From NCBI GenBank assembly GCA_963801185.1, contig CAWDDW010000001.1:112928-176927 (forward strand): 64,000 nt of DNA, given 5' to 3'. Below, piece after piece: positions 16,293-24,865 of the stretch (position 1 is its first letter; each line of letters opens with the position of its first letter). Below the pieces are notes generated by a model. That model was not told the origin of the DNA. It did no database searches and saw only the letters and a program-made list of their open reading frames with translations. The translations under genes were made by a program, and so were the position numbers. This stretch comes from an uncultured Acidimicrobiaceae bacterium. Its GTDB lineage: Bacteria > Actinomycetota > Acidimicrobiia > Acidimicrobiales > Bog-793.

Positions 16293-17580
16293 CGAGACGA
16301 TCGCCATCCACGGTGGCTACACACCGGACTCGACGAACGCCGTGGCCGTACCCATCTACCAGACCGTTGCCCATGAATTCGAAGACGCCGACCATGCTGC
16401 TGCGGTGTTCGACATGGACATCCCGGGCTTTCACTACAACAGGCTCAACAATCCGACGAACCAAGTCCTCGAGTCCCGCCTTGCTGCGCTCGAACGAGGC
16501 GTCGGGGCTCTGACCTTGAGTTCCGGAACGGCGGCTGTCCTCTACTCGGTCCAGAACATCGCCGAGATCGGGGACAACATCGTCTCGACTCCGCAGCTGT
16601 ACGGGACCACCTACACGATGTTCGTGCACATCTTGCCGAGCCAGGGACTCGAAGTCCGGTTGGCGGCGGACGACTCACCGGCCGCACTCGAGCCGCTCAT
16701 CGACACGCGCACCAAAGCGATCTTCTGCGAGAGCATCGGCAATCCTGCCGGCAACGTCGTGGACATTGAGGCTGTTGCCGCCCTCGCCCACAGCCACGGG
16801 ATCCCGCTCGTCGTCGACAACACGATCGCCACACCGATGATGCTCAAGCCGATCGAGCACGGTGCTGACATCGTCGTGCACTCCCTGACGAAGTTCATTG
16901 CGGGCCACGGTACGACGCTCGCCGGAGCCATCGTCGACAGCGGCAAGTTCCCCTGGGCGGAGCACCCGGACCGGTTCCCGATGTTCTCCCGGCCAGAGCC
17001 GTCCTTTCACGGAGTGGTGTACCCGGAGCGCTTCGGCGAGGCCGCCTATATCGTTCGCTGCAGGACGGTGGGCCTTCGGAACGCAGGGGCGACGCTGTCG
17101 CCCTTCAGCGCCTTTCTCGTGCTGCAGGGACTCGAGACCATGTCGGTGCGACTCGACCGCCACGAGGCCAACGCGCGGGCAGTTGCGGCGTACCTCGCCG
17201 CCGATCGGCGTGTCGCGTGGGTGGACTTTGCCGGCTTTGCCGAGCATCCCCATCACGAGCTAGCCCAGCGATACCTCAAAGGGCGTTGCTCCTCGCTCTT
17301 CACCTTCGGCGTGGTCGGCGGCTACGAGGCAGGGCTGAGGTTCTTCAACGCCGTGAAACTCTTCAAGCGCCTCGTGAACCTCGGCGATGCAAAGTCGCTC
17401 GTGAGCCATCCCGCCTCGACCACCCATAGACAGCTCACTCCCGACGACTTGCGGGTCGTCGGTGTTACACCGGACATGATCCGTCTGTCGGTGGGGATCG
17501 AGCATATCGACGACCTGATCGCAGACATCGACCAGGCGCTGGGCATCGCCTGCGCCGGCGATCCATCGCCGGAGACATGA
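16285..17580 (+). CDS. metY: O-acetyl/O-succinyl-homoserine sulfhydrylase family PLP enzyme (gamma-replacement; MetY-like)
   Basis: 431 aa. N-terminus IAIHGGYTPDSTNAVAVPIYQT. PLP-lysine motif HSLTKFIAGHG. 8-nt overlap with the metA-like gene. Confidence 0.85.
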   Translation: MRDETIAIHGGYTPDSTNAVAVPIYQTVAHEFEDADHAAAVFDMDIPGFHYNRLNNPTNQVLESRLAALERGVGALTLSSGTAAVLYSVQNIAEIGDNIVSTPQLYGTTYTMFVHILPSQGLEVRLAADDSPAALEPLIDTRTKAIFCESIGNPAGNVVDIEAVAALAHSHGIPLVVDNTIATPMMLKPIEHGADIVVHSLTKFIAGHGTTLAGAIVDSGKFPWAEHPDRFPMFSRPEPSFHGVVYPERFGEAAYIVRCRTVGLRNAGATLSPFSAFLVLQGLETMSVRLDRHEANARAVAAYLAADRRVAWVDFAGFAEHPHHELAQRYLKGRCSSLFTFGVVGGYEAGLRFFNAVKLFKRLVNLGDAKSLVSHPASTTHRQLTPDDLRVVGVTPDMIRLSVGIEHIDDLIADIDQALGIACAGDPSPET

Positions 17581-17659
17581 GCAGCGGAAAACCCGGACTT
17601 GCCGCAATTCGAAGCGGTACCATTTTCCGTGATCGGGTGAATGCCCAGTTGGAGGAGAT

Positions 17660-18073
17660 TTGGTGGATCGAGCGAGCCAGTGCGATGGCAACTACGGCCG
17701 CGGGCTATCGGTAGGTGTCGACATGATCTCTGTGTCGGAGGTGTCGGACGCGATCCGAGAGTTCGGCGATCTTTATGTCAACCGTGTGTTCACAAGCCAC
17801 GAGATCGACTGCTCGACCGGAGACGAGTTGGCGACGGCACGTCACTTCGCGGCTTGTTTTGCCGCGAAGGAGGCGACCATCAAGGTCCTCGGTGCGGACG
17901 GAGAGGTGCCCGGCTGGGGTTCGATAGAGGTGAAGCGCGAGGCGGGGGGACGTACGTCCCTTCGCTTGACCGGACTGGCCGCCGAGCTCGCTGAGCGCGC
18001 TCGACTCAAGACGTTCGCCGTGTCTATGACGCACCGGGGCGACCTGGCTGCAGCGGTGGTGATCGCAAGGTGA
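17660..18073 (+). CDS. acpS: Holo-[acyl-carrier-protein] synthase (AcpS-type PPTase)
   Basis: 137 aa. Motifs: LSVGVDMISVSEV, FAAKEATIKVLG, SMTHRGDLAAAVVIA. GGAGGAG lies 5-7 nt upstream of the TTG 17660 / GTG 17663 start. Confidence 0.8.
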   Translation: MVDRASQCDGNYGRGLSVGVDMISVSEVSDAIREFGDLYVNRVFTSHEIDCSTGDELATARHFAACFAAKEATIKVLGADGEVPGWGSIEVKREAGGRTSLRLTGLAAELAERARLKTFAVSMTHRGDLAAAVVIAR

Positions 18074-18363
18074 CCTCACTGGACGAGCAATCGATCAGCC
18101 AGGAGGTCCGCCGCGTTCTGGACCAGTACGGGCGGCTCTCGGTGCCGATGGCCGAACTCGCTGACTCCGACGAGCTTTACCGCGTGGGCATGACCTCTCA
18201 CGCGGCCGTCAGCGTCATGCTGGCGCTCGAGGCCGCGTTCAAGGTGCAGTTCCCCGATGCCATGCTGCGGCAGAACACCTTTTCGTCGGTGGACGCAATC
18301 GCGGCCGCTGTCGGCCTGCTGATCAAGTTCCAAACAGGCGATGGGCTTGACCCTCTTCCCTGA
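18070..18363 (+). CDS. Dedicated carrier protein (97 aa)
   Basis: Attachment region LYRVGMTSHAAVSVMLALE. GTGA overlap with acpS. Its 3' end overlaps the ligase start. Confidence 0.7.
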   Translation: MTSLDEQSISQEVRRVLDQYGRLSVPMAELADSDELYRVGMTSHAAVSVMLALEAAFKVQFPDAMLRQNTFSSVDAIAAAVGLLIKFQTGDGLDPLP

Positions 18364-19255
18364 GGACAACTTCAGGACGCAGCTCGTAGCTGCTGGTCTA
18401 CTCCTTCCGACGGACGTCGACGGGATATATCTCCGCTCTGGGGCGTTCGAGAGCGTTGTGCGAGCAATAGACGATCTCGTGAGTGCAGCCGGCGCCGACG
18501 AGGACGCACAGGTCTTGTATTTCCCGGTTGTGATGCCACGGATCGTCCTCGAGCAGTCCGAGTATGTGCGGGCGTTCCCGGATCTGGTGGGCTCGGTCAA
18601 CACATTCGAGGGTGACGACGCGCTGCACGCAGAGATCCTGCACCGCCTCGAGCGCGGAGAGAACTGGGCCGAGCTGTTCGAGCCCTCCGACGTTGTGCTC
18701 TGCTCCGCAGGTTGCCACCTGCTGTACCCGCTTTGTCGTGGGCGCTTGATCGAGCACGGTCGTCGCTTCGAGATCTTTGGTCAGTGCTTCCGTCACGAAC
18801 CGAGCCTCGACCCGGCGCGGATGCAGGCCTTCCGCATACACGAGTTCGTCTACGTCGGAGATGCCGAGGACGCCGTGGCGCATCGCGATACGTGGCTCGA
18901 GCGCGCGGCTCATCTGCTGGACGGCCTCGGGCTGACGGTCGAGGCCGTTCTCACGACCGACTCCTTCTTCGGCCGGGCGGGCAAGCTCCTCTCTGCCCGC
19001 CAACGAGCCGAGTCCCTCAAGCACGAGATCGTGACGTCCGTGCGGCCAGGAGAAGGTCCGATCTCCGTTGTCTCGTGCAACTGTCATCTCGACCACTTCG
19101 GCCGTGGATTCGGTATCGAGACGGCAGACGGAGCCGTCGCACATAGCGCGTGCGTGGGATTCGGGACCGAACGCATCACGCTCGCGCTGCTGGCGGCTCA
19201 CGGGCTCGACCGTGATCGCTGGCCCTCTTCCATCACATCCCAGCTGTGGCCGTGA
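18341..19255 (+). CDS. Amino acid:[carrier-protein] ligase, truncated class II aminoacyl-tRNA-synthetase homologue
   Basis: 304 aa, catalytic core only. Class II motif 2-like GQCFRHEPSLDPARMQAFRIHEFVYVG and motif 3-like GFGTERITLALLAAHG. Cys-rich segments CSAGCH and SCNCH. A carrier-protein gene lies immediately upstream, as in the described aa:CP ligases. Confidence 0.7.
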   Translation: MGLTLFPEDNFRTQLVAAGLLLPTDVDGIYLRSGAFESVVRAIDDLVSAAGADEDAQVLYFPVVMPRIVLEQSEYVRAFPDLVGSVNTFEGDDALHAEILHRLERGENWAELFEPSDVVLCSAGCHLLYPLCRGRLIEHGRRFEIFGQCFRHEPSLDPARMQAFRIHEFVYVGDAEDAVAHRDTWLERAAHLLDGLGLTVEAVLTTDSFFGRAGKLLSARQRAESLKHEIVTSVRPGEGPISVVSCNCHLDHFGRGFGIETADGAVAHSACVGFGTERITLALLAAHGLDRDRWPSSITSQLWP

Positions 19256-19328
19256 ATCAGAAGGGGTCCCTACGAAAGACCGGGCACCAGGTCCTTGACG
19301 GCCTCAGTGCCGATTTAGACGTGGGTTG

Positions 19329-19970
19329 TCAGAAGGGCGCCATGTCAATCGGCAAGGGGGAGTCCGAGCGGCCGCCGACCCAGGCGAGCAGGCGCGCCCG
19401 CTGGGCGAGGTCACCGATCCGACCGGGCAGCGCCTCGAGCACGTCCGCGAGTGCTCCGGCGACGAACTCCGCCGGCCAGTCCGACGACTCGTATCCGAGG
19501 CCGAGATCGACGTGGTGGAACTCGACCTCGCGCAGGCGGCGAGCCGGGAGGCTCGTGCACGGAGCGACTTGACCGCTCATGAGCGTCCAAGTGCCGGACC
19601 ATGTGCCGAGATCGGCGGCGGAAAAGGCGGTGTCGAGGCGCCGAGCCGTGGAACGGACGTCGTTCACGATCGAGGCAGACGAGCGGGCTGCGCCGGCCTC
19701 GATCTCTCCTGTCCGCTGTGGAGCGCCGCTGGCGTATTGCGATACCTGCTGACCCTCGCCTGCGGCTTCGAGGATCCGCACGAAGGAGTCAGCGTTGCGA
19801 GCGACGTGGGTGAGCACATGCGCAACGGTCCAGCCGGGGAGGCGGCTCGGACGCCTGACGACGACCTCGTCTACGACTTCGAGCCGCTCGAACAGTCGCT
19901 CGTGAGAGGCGCGGCATGCTGCCACCACGTCTGTGGGCGGCCTGCCGGGAACGGCCCCGTTGTCGGTCAT
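19329..19970 (-). CDS. Maleylpyruvate isomerase family mycothiol-dependent enzyme (DinB-like fold)
   Basis: 213 aa. N-terminal DinB-like segment RLPGWTVAHVLTHVARNAD. Size and layout are typical of the actinobacterial family. Confidence 0.7.
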   Translation of the reverse strand: MTDNGAVPGRPPTDVVAACRASHERLFERLEVVDEVVVRRPSRLPGWTVAHVLTHVARNADSFVRILEAAGEGQQVSQYASGAPQRTGEIEAGAARSSASIVNDVRSTARRLDTAFSAADLGTWSGTWTLMSGQVAPCTSLPARRLREVEFHHVDLGLGYESSDWPAEFVAGALADVLEALPGRIGDLAQRARLLAWVGGRSDSPLPIDMAPF

Positions 19971-20031
19971 GAGCGAGAGTTTCGCCGCGTCGCCGCCCGG
20001 GAGCCTGGTGATCCACCCGCCGACGGCTTGG

Positions 20032-21156
20032 TCACGCGATGTCCAGCATCCGCCCGAGCGCCACTCGTGCCTCCGAGGCGGTCGCCTGATCGACGGTGAT
20101 CCTGTTGCGCACCACTCCCTCTGCGAGCCCCTTGAGAACCCACGCGAGATGTGGCAGGTCGATGCGGGACATGGTCGAGCAAGGGCATACGAGCGGGTCG
20201 AGCGACAGGACCGTGCGATCGGTGTACTCGCGCGCCAAACGGTCGACTAGGTGGATCTCGGTCCCTACGGCGATGACCGAAGCGGGCTCGGCCGCGGCCA
20301 CCGCGCTGATAATGAAGTCGGTCGAACCGACCTGGTCGGCCAGCTCGACAACCTCGTGGGAGCACTCGGGATGAGCGATCACGATGCCGCCGGGATGCTC
20401 GTTCCGGAAGGCAGCGACATGAGCGGTCGAGAAACGCTGGTGCACCGAGCAGTGCCCCTTCCACAACAGGAGCGTCGACTCCTTGACGACGCGCTCCTCG
20501 AGGCCTCCGAGGGCAAAGTGGGGGTCGACCACCGCCATGTCAGCCGCGTCGTAACCGAGCTGGAAGCCGGTGTTGCGACCGAGATGCTGGTCGGGAAAGA
20601 AGAGGACCTTGTCACCGCGCCCGCCACGTACTTCGCTCGCACCATCGAGACCGAGGGCCCACCTGAGGATTGCCCGGGCGTTGGACGAGGTGCAGACGGC
20701 ACCTCCGTGGCGGCCGACGAACGCCTTCAGGGCCGCCGAGGAGTTCATGTATGTGACCGGCACGACGCGGTCGGTGTCGGTCACGACGGAGAGCTCTGCC
20801 CAGATCTGCTCGACCTGCTCCTCGTCGGCCATGTCGGCCATGGAGCAGCCGGCATTCAGGTCCGGCAGGAGCACCTGCTGGTGCTCAGCGGTGAGGATGT
20901 CGGCGGACTCGGCCATGAAGTGGACTCCGCAGAAGACGACGAATTCCGCGTCGTGCTGGTCAGCCGCGTAGCGAGAGAGGCCGAAGGAGTCCCCCCGGGC
21001 GTCGGCGAACCGGATGACCTCGGATCGTTGGTAGTGATGCCCGAGGATGACGAGTCGGGTTCCAAGGCGCGCCCTTGCGGCAGCGACCCGAGCTGCTAGC
21101 TCATCTGATGGCGCCCGTGTGTACTCGTCCGGTAGCCGTGTCTGGAGACGGAGCAT
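20032..21156 (-). CDS. nadA: Quinolinate synthase
   Basis: Motifs: LVILGHHYQRSEVIRFAD, VVFCGVHFMAESADIL, AGCSMADMA, WKGHCSVH, HPECSHEV. The track ORF extends to 21303. ATG 21156 (MLRLQTRLPDEY) aligns with Bacillus-type NadA N-termini and has GGGAG 6 nt upstream. Confidence 0.9.
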   Translation of the reverse strand: MLRLQTRLPDEYTRAPSDELAARVAAARARLGTRLVILGHHYQRSEVIRFADARGDSFGLSRYAADQHDAEFVVFCGVHFMAESADILTAEHQQVLLPDLNAGCSMADMADEEQVEQIWAELSVVTDTDRVVPVTYMNSSAALKAFVGRHGGAVCTSSNARAILRWALGLDGASEVRGGRGDKVLFFPDQHLGRNTGFQLGYDAADMAVVDPHFALGGLEERVVKESTLLLWKGHCSVHQRFSTAHVAAFRNEHPGGIVIAHPECSHEVVELADQVGSTDFIISAVAAAEPASVIAVGTEIHLVDRLAREYTDRTVLSLDPLVCPCSTMSRIDLPHLAWVLKGLAEGVVRNRITVDQATASEARVALGRMLDIA

Positions 21157-21280
21157 GGGACTCCCTGATGTACGCCTCGCTAAACGGCCGGCGGGGACAG
21201 CCTGGTCGCCCATCCGCGGGTTTGTCGGCCACGAAGCGGAATGCCCGCCGGGGTACCAGGCCGGCGTAGCCTCCACTGTA

Positions 21281-23218
21281 GTGCTCGAACGTCCCCAAGC
21301 CATCCCGGACGCACCGGGGTCCTACCAGTTCAAGGACTCGGACGGACGTGTCATCTACGTGGGCAAGGCTCGTTCGTTGCGGAGCCGCCTCTCGAACTAC
21401 TTCGCTGACCCGCGAACACTCCATCCGCGGACCGCTCAGATGATGGAGAGGGCGGCCTCGGTCGAGTGGATCGTCGTACAGAACGACGTCGAAGCGCTGA
21501 TGCTCAAGTTCAGCTTGATCAAGACGCACAGACCTCGCTTCAACGTCCGTCTCGTCGACGACAAGAGCTACCCCTACCTGGCCGTCACGGTGGGGGAGCC
21601 CTGGCCGAGGGCGACTGTCATGCGGGGAGCGAAGCGCAAGGATACGCGTTACTTCGGGCCGTACGCTCACGCGTACGCCATCCGCGAGACGCTCGACCTG
21701 CTCCTGCGGTCCTTCCCGATCCGGACCTGCTCAGACGCGAAGATGCGCAGGCACGAGCTCCTGGGCAAACCCTGCCTGATGCATCACATCGAACGGTGCG
21801 CGGCACCGTGTGTCGGGGCAATCGACCGGGAGCGGTATATGGAGCTGGTGGGGGAGTTGATGGCGTTTCTCGAGGGAGACACCAAGCCGATCGTGAGCCG
21901 CCTCGAGGCAGAGATGCGGGCGGCGGCCTCGGAGCTCGAGTTCGAGCGGGCCGCGAGGCTGCGCGACCGGCTCGCCTCGGTTCGCCTCGCGATCGAGCGC
22001 CAGCAGATGGTCACCGACACCCCGGAGAACCTGGACGTCATCGCGATCGCCGAGGACGAGCTCGTGGCGGCCGTCCAGGTCCTGCACATTCGGCGGGGCC
22101 GCGTTGTCGGCCGGCACGGGTTCGTTCTCGAAAAGGTCGAGCCGCTCACCGAGGGCCAGCTGATCGCCCGAATCCTCGAGCAGCACTACGCGGAGACGCC
22201 AATCGGGATCCCGAAGACGCTCCTCGTTCCGGTGCTGCCCGAGGAGGTCTCGACCTACGAGGAGTGGCTGTCGCGCACCCGCGGAGGCCCGGTATGGATC
22301 AGGGTGCCGCAGCGCGGGCGCAAGCGGGAGCTGCTCGAGATGGCGCGCCAGAACGCCGCCGAGCAGTTGAACCGCCACCGGCTGAGGCGCTCCTCGGACC
22401 TGACGAGCCGTGCCATCGCGATCGAACAGCTCCAAGAAGCGCTCGGGCTGAGCGAGGCGCCCCTGCGGATCGAGTGCTACGACATGAGCCACCTACAGGG
22501 GTCCGATTACGTGGGCTCAATGGTCGTGCTCGAGGACGGCTTGCCGAAGCGCTCGGACTACCGGCGCTTCAAGGTCTCGGCAGTTCAGGGGAACGACGAT
22601 TACGGCGCCATGCACGAAGTGCTCTCGCGGAGGCTCAACCATCTTCTCGTGACCGAGGGTCCGGGCGGTGGCCCCGCGGCAGAGGTGCCCGAGGACCTCG
22701 AGGAGATCGGTCGGCGCAGGCGGCGCGCCTCGCGGTTCGCGTACCCGCCGCAGTTGCTCCTCATCGACGGTGGCAAGGGTCAGCTGAACGTCGCGGTCAA
22801 CGTGCTCGACGAGCTAGGTCTGTCGGAGAAGGTGGCAGTCGCGTCGCTCGCGAAGCGACTCGAGGAGGTGTTCGTCCCGGGCCGCGCCGAGCCGATCGTC
22901 ATCGCGCGCGACTCCGAGGCGATCTACCTGCTGCAACAGGCCCGCGACGAGGCGCACCGGTTCGCAATCGGATTTCACCGGGAGCTGCGAGGAAAGCGGA
23001 TGACCCGCTCAGTACTCGACGGCGTGCCCGGGCTCGGCCCGACGAGGCGCAAGCGCCTACTCCGCGAGCTCGGGAGCGTGAAGGCCGTCCAGGCCGCCTC
23101 GGCTCAGGACTTGCGGGCCCTACCGTGGTTGCCCGAGAAGGTGGCAGACGCGGTATACGACCATCTCCATTCGAGTCGCCTCGGCCGGCTGCCGTCGCCA
23201 GGCAGCGCCACGTCGTGA
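21281..23218 (+). CDS. uvrC: Excinuclease ABC subunit C
   Basis: GIY-YIG start region IPDAPGSYQFKDSDGRVIYVGKARSLRSRL, UvrBC-interaction segment ELEFERAARLRD, C-terminal HhH region. Start taken as the in-frame GTG 21281 inside track ORF 21047..23218. Confidence 0.9.
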   Translation: MLERPQAIPDAPGSYQFKDSDGRVIYVGKARSLRSRLSNYFADPRTLHPRTAQMMERAASVEWIVVQNDVEALMLKFSLIKTHRPRFNVRLVDDKSYPYLAVTVGEPWPRATVMRGAKRKDTRYFGPYAHAYAIRETLDLLLRSFPIRTCSDAKMRRHELLGKPCLMHHIERCAAPCVGAIDRERYMELVGELMAFLEGDTKPIVSRLEAEMRAAASELEFERAARLRDRLASVRLAIERQQMVTDTPENLDVIAIAEDELVAAVQVLHIRRGRVVGRHGFVLEKVEPLTEGQLIARILEQHYAETPIGIPKTLLVPVLPEEVSTYEEWLSRTRGGPVWIRVPQRGRKRELLEMARQNAAEQLNRHRLRRSSDLTSRAIAIEQLQEALGLSEAPLRIECYDMSHLQGSDYVGSMVVLEDGLPKRSDYRRFKVSAVQGNDDYGAMHEVLSRRLNHLLVTEGPGGGPAAEVPEDLEEIGRRRRRASRFAYPPQLLLIDGGKGQLNVAVNVLDELGLSEKVAVASLAKRLEEVFVPGRAEPIVIARDSEAIYLLQQARDEAHRFAIGFHRELRGKRMTRSVLDGVPGLGPTRRKRLLRELGSVKAVQAASAQDLRALPWLPEKVADAVYDHLHSSRLGRLPSPGSATS

Positions 23219-24000
23219 CCGGCGTGGAGAGCCGAGGAGCCGAACCTGGGCCGCCCGCCACCGACTGGGACGCCATCGCGCCGTGGTGGCGGGAGACGTT
23301 CTCGAACGGTGCGGACCTCGAGTACGAGCTGCAGATCCTGCCAGTGGCGGCATCCCACCTTGCCGGGCGCGAGCGAATCCTCGACGTCGGGACCGGCGAG
23401 GGGCAGCTCGCGAGGCGGCTTGTCACCAACGTGCCCCCGCCCACGCTCGTAGCGGGCATCGATCCCTACTTCCGGCAGCTGGCGAACGCGCTGGAGCAGG
23501 GCGGGGGGCCCGTCTATGCGCAGGCACGCGGGGAGCAACTGCCGTTCCCGGCAGGCGCGTTCGACGGAGTCGTCTGCTGCCTTGTCATCGAGCATGCTGA
23601 CGATCCCGACGCCGTGCTGGCTGAGATGGTTCGCGTGCTCGCGCCGGGCGGCGTTCTCCTGCTGCTCATCAACCACCCGGTGGTGCAGGGCCCCGGCAGT
23701 GGTTTCGTCGACGACCGGGTGCTCGACGAGCGCTACTGGCGGATCGGGCCGTACCTCACCGAGCAGGTGGTGGTGGAGGAGGTCGACCCCGGCGTGCCGG
23801 TCCGTTTCTCCCACCGGCCCCTTTCGGGATACATCAACCCGTTGTGCGACGCAGGGCTCGTGCTCACGCGTCTCGAGGAGCCGGAGCCGCCGCTCGAGTT
23901 CCTGAGTGACTCGTACGACCTGTCGCTCGAGCGCGCGATGCCCCGCCTCTGCCTCATGTGCTTCGAACACCGTGTCCCGACCGCAGGGGTGGGACAATGA
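23215..24000 (+). CDS. Class I SAM-dependent methyltransferase
   Basis: Only the last ~261 codons of the artefactual 844-aa track ORF 21466..24000 look real. Motif I is ILDVGTGEGQL; post-I/II is VVCCLVIEHADDP..LAPGGVL. GTG 23215 overlaps the uvrC stop (GTGA). Confidence 0.75.
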   Translation: MTGVESRGAEPGPPATDWDAIAPWWRETFSNGADLEYELQILPVAASHLAGRERILDVGTGEGQLARRLVTNVPPPTLVAGIDPYFRQLANALEQGGGPVYAQARGEQLPFPAGAFDGVVCCLVIEHADDPDAVLAEMVRVLAPGGVLLLLINHPVVQGPGSGFVDDRVLDERYWRIGPYLTEQVVVEEVDPGVPVRFSHRPLSGYINPLCDAGLVLTRLEEPEPPLEFLSDSYDLSLERAMPRLCLMCFEHRVPTAGVGQ

Positions 24001-24007
24001 TCTGATC

Positions 24008-24865
24008 ATGGCGGAGTACCTGTTCTTGGTAGGAATGTCCGGTGCCGGCCGCTCGACGGCCGCGGCCACGCTCGAGGACCGCGACTGGTTCGTGATCGAC
24101 AACCTCCCGCCGGCGCTGCTCGGGAAGGTTGCCGAGCTAGCCAACCAGCCCGGATCGGAGTACGAGCGCCTCTGCCTCGTAGCGGGCAGGGGCGGTTACG
24201 AAGGGATCGCCGAGCTGCCGATCGCGATCGCGTCGCTGCGAGCATCGGGTGCACGAGTCAGGGTGCTGTACCTCGAGGCCCCGGACGACGTTCTCGTGCG
24301 CAGATACGAAGGGACGCGTAGGCGTCATCCGATCGAGACCGAGAGCGGCATCCTCGACGCTGTACGCCAGGAGCGGCTGCTTCTCGCCGGGTTGCGTGAT
24401 GACGCCGATCTCGTCCTCGACACCGGTGACCTCAACGTTCACCAGCTCCGCGACCGGATCATCGAGCTCGTGGAGGATGCTCAGCCAGGTGCCAGCATGG
24501 AGACGACGGTGGTCTCGTTCGGTTTCAAGCACGGGATACCGCTCGACGTGGACCTCGTGTTCGACTGCCGTTTCTTGCCCAACCCGCACTGGGTGCCCGA
24601 GCTCCGCCCGCTGACGGGCCTCGACGAGAAGGTGCGGGAGTACGTCATGGCCGCGCCGGAGACGACGCTTCTGCTCGATCGCCTCGAGAGCCTTTTCGAG
24701 CTGCTGCTGCCGGCGTACGCAAGGGAGGGCAAGTCCTACCTCTCGGTGGCGATCGGCTGCACCGGTGGGCACCACCGATCGGTGGTCCTGGCCGAGGAGA
24801 TGGGAAAGATGATGCGCCGCCACGGTTACGAGCCTTCGGTCCACCACCGGGACATCTCGCGTTGA
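24008..24865 (+). CDS. rapZ: RNase adapter / nucleotide-binding protein RapZ (YvcJ)
   Basis: MAEYLFLVGMSGAGRSTAAATLEDRDWFVIDNLP (Walker A) and the C-terminal CTGGHHRSV motif. ATG 24008 lies inside track ORF 23906..24865. Confidence 0.9.
   Translation: MAEYLFLVGMSGAGRSTAAATLEDRDWFVIDNLPPALLGKVAELANQPGSEYERLCLVAGRGGYEGIAELPIAIASLRASGARVRVLYLEAPDDVLVRRYEGTRRRHPIETESGILDAVRQERLLLAGLRDDADLVLDTGDLNVHQLRDRIIELVEDAQPGASMETTVVSFGFKHGIPLDVDLVFDCRFLPNPHWVPELRPLTGLDEKVREYVMAAPETTLLLDRLESLFELLLPAYAREGKSYLSVAIGCTGGHHRSVVLAEEMGKMMRRHGYEPSVHHRDISR

Noticed and set aside
21466-24000. 844-aa + strand ORF spanning uvrC and beyond
   Set aside because: The first ~580 codons are an Arg/Pro/Gly-rich alternative frame of uvrC. 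Only the last ~261 codons (from GTG 23215) look like a real protein, the methyltransferase.
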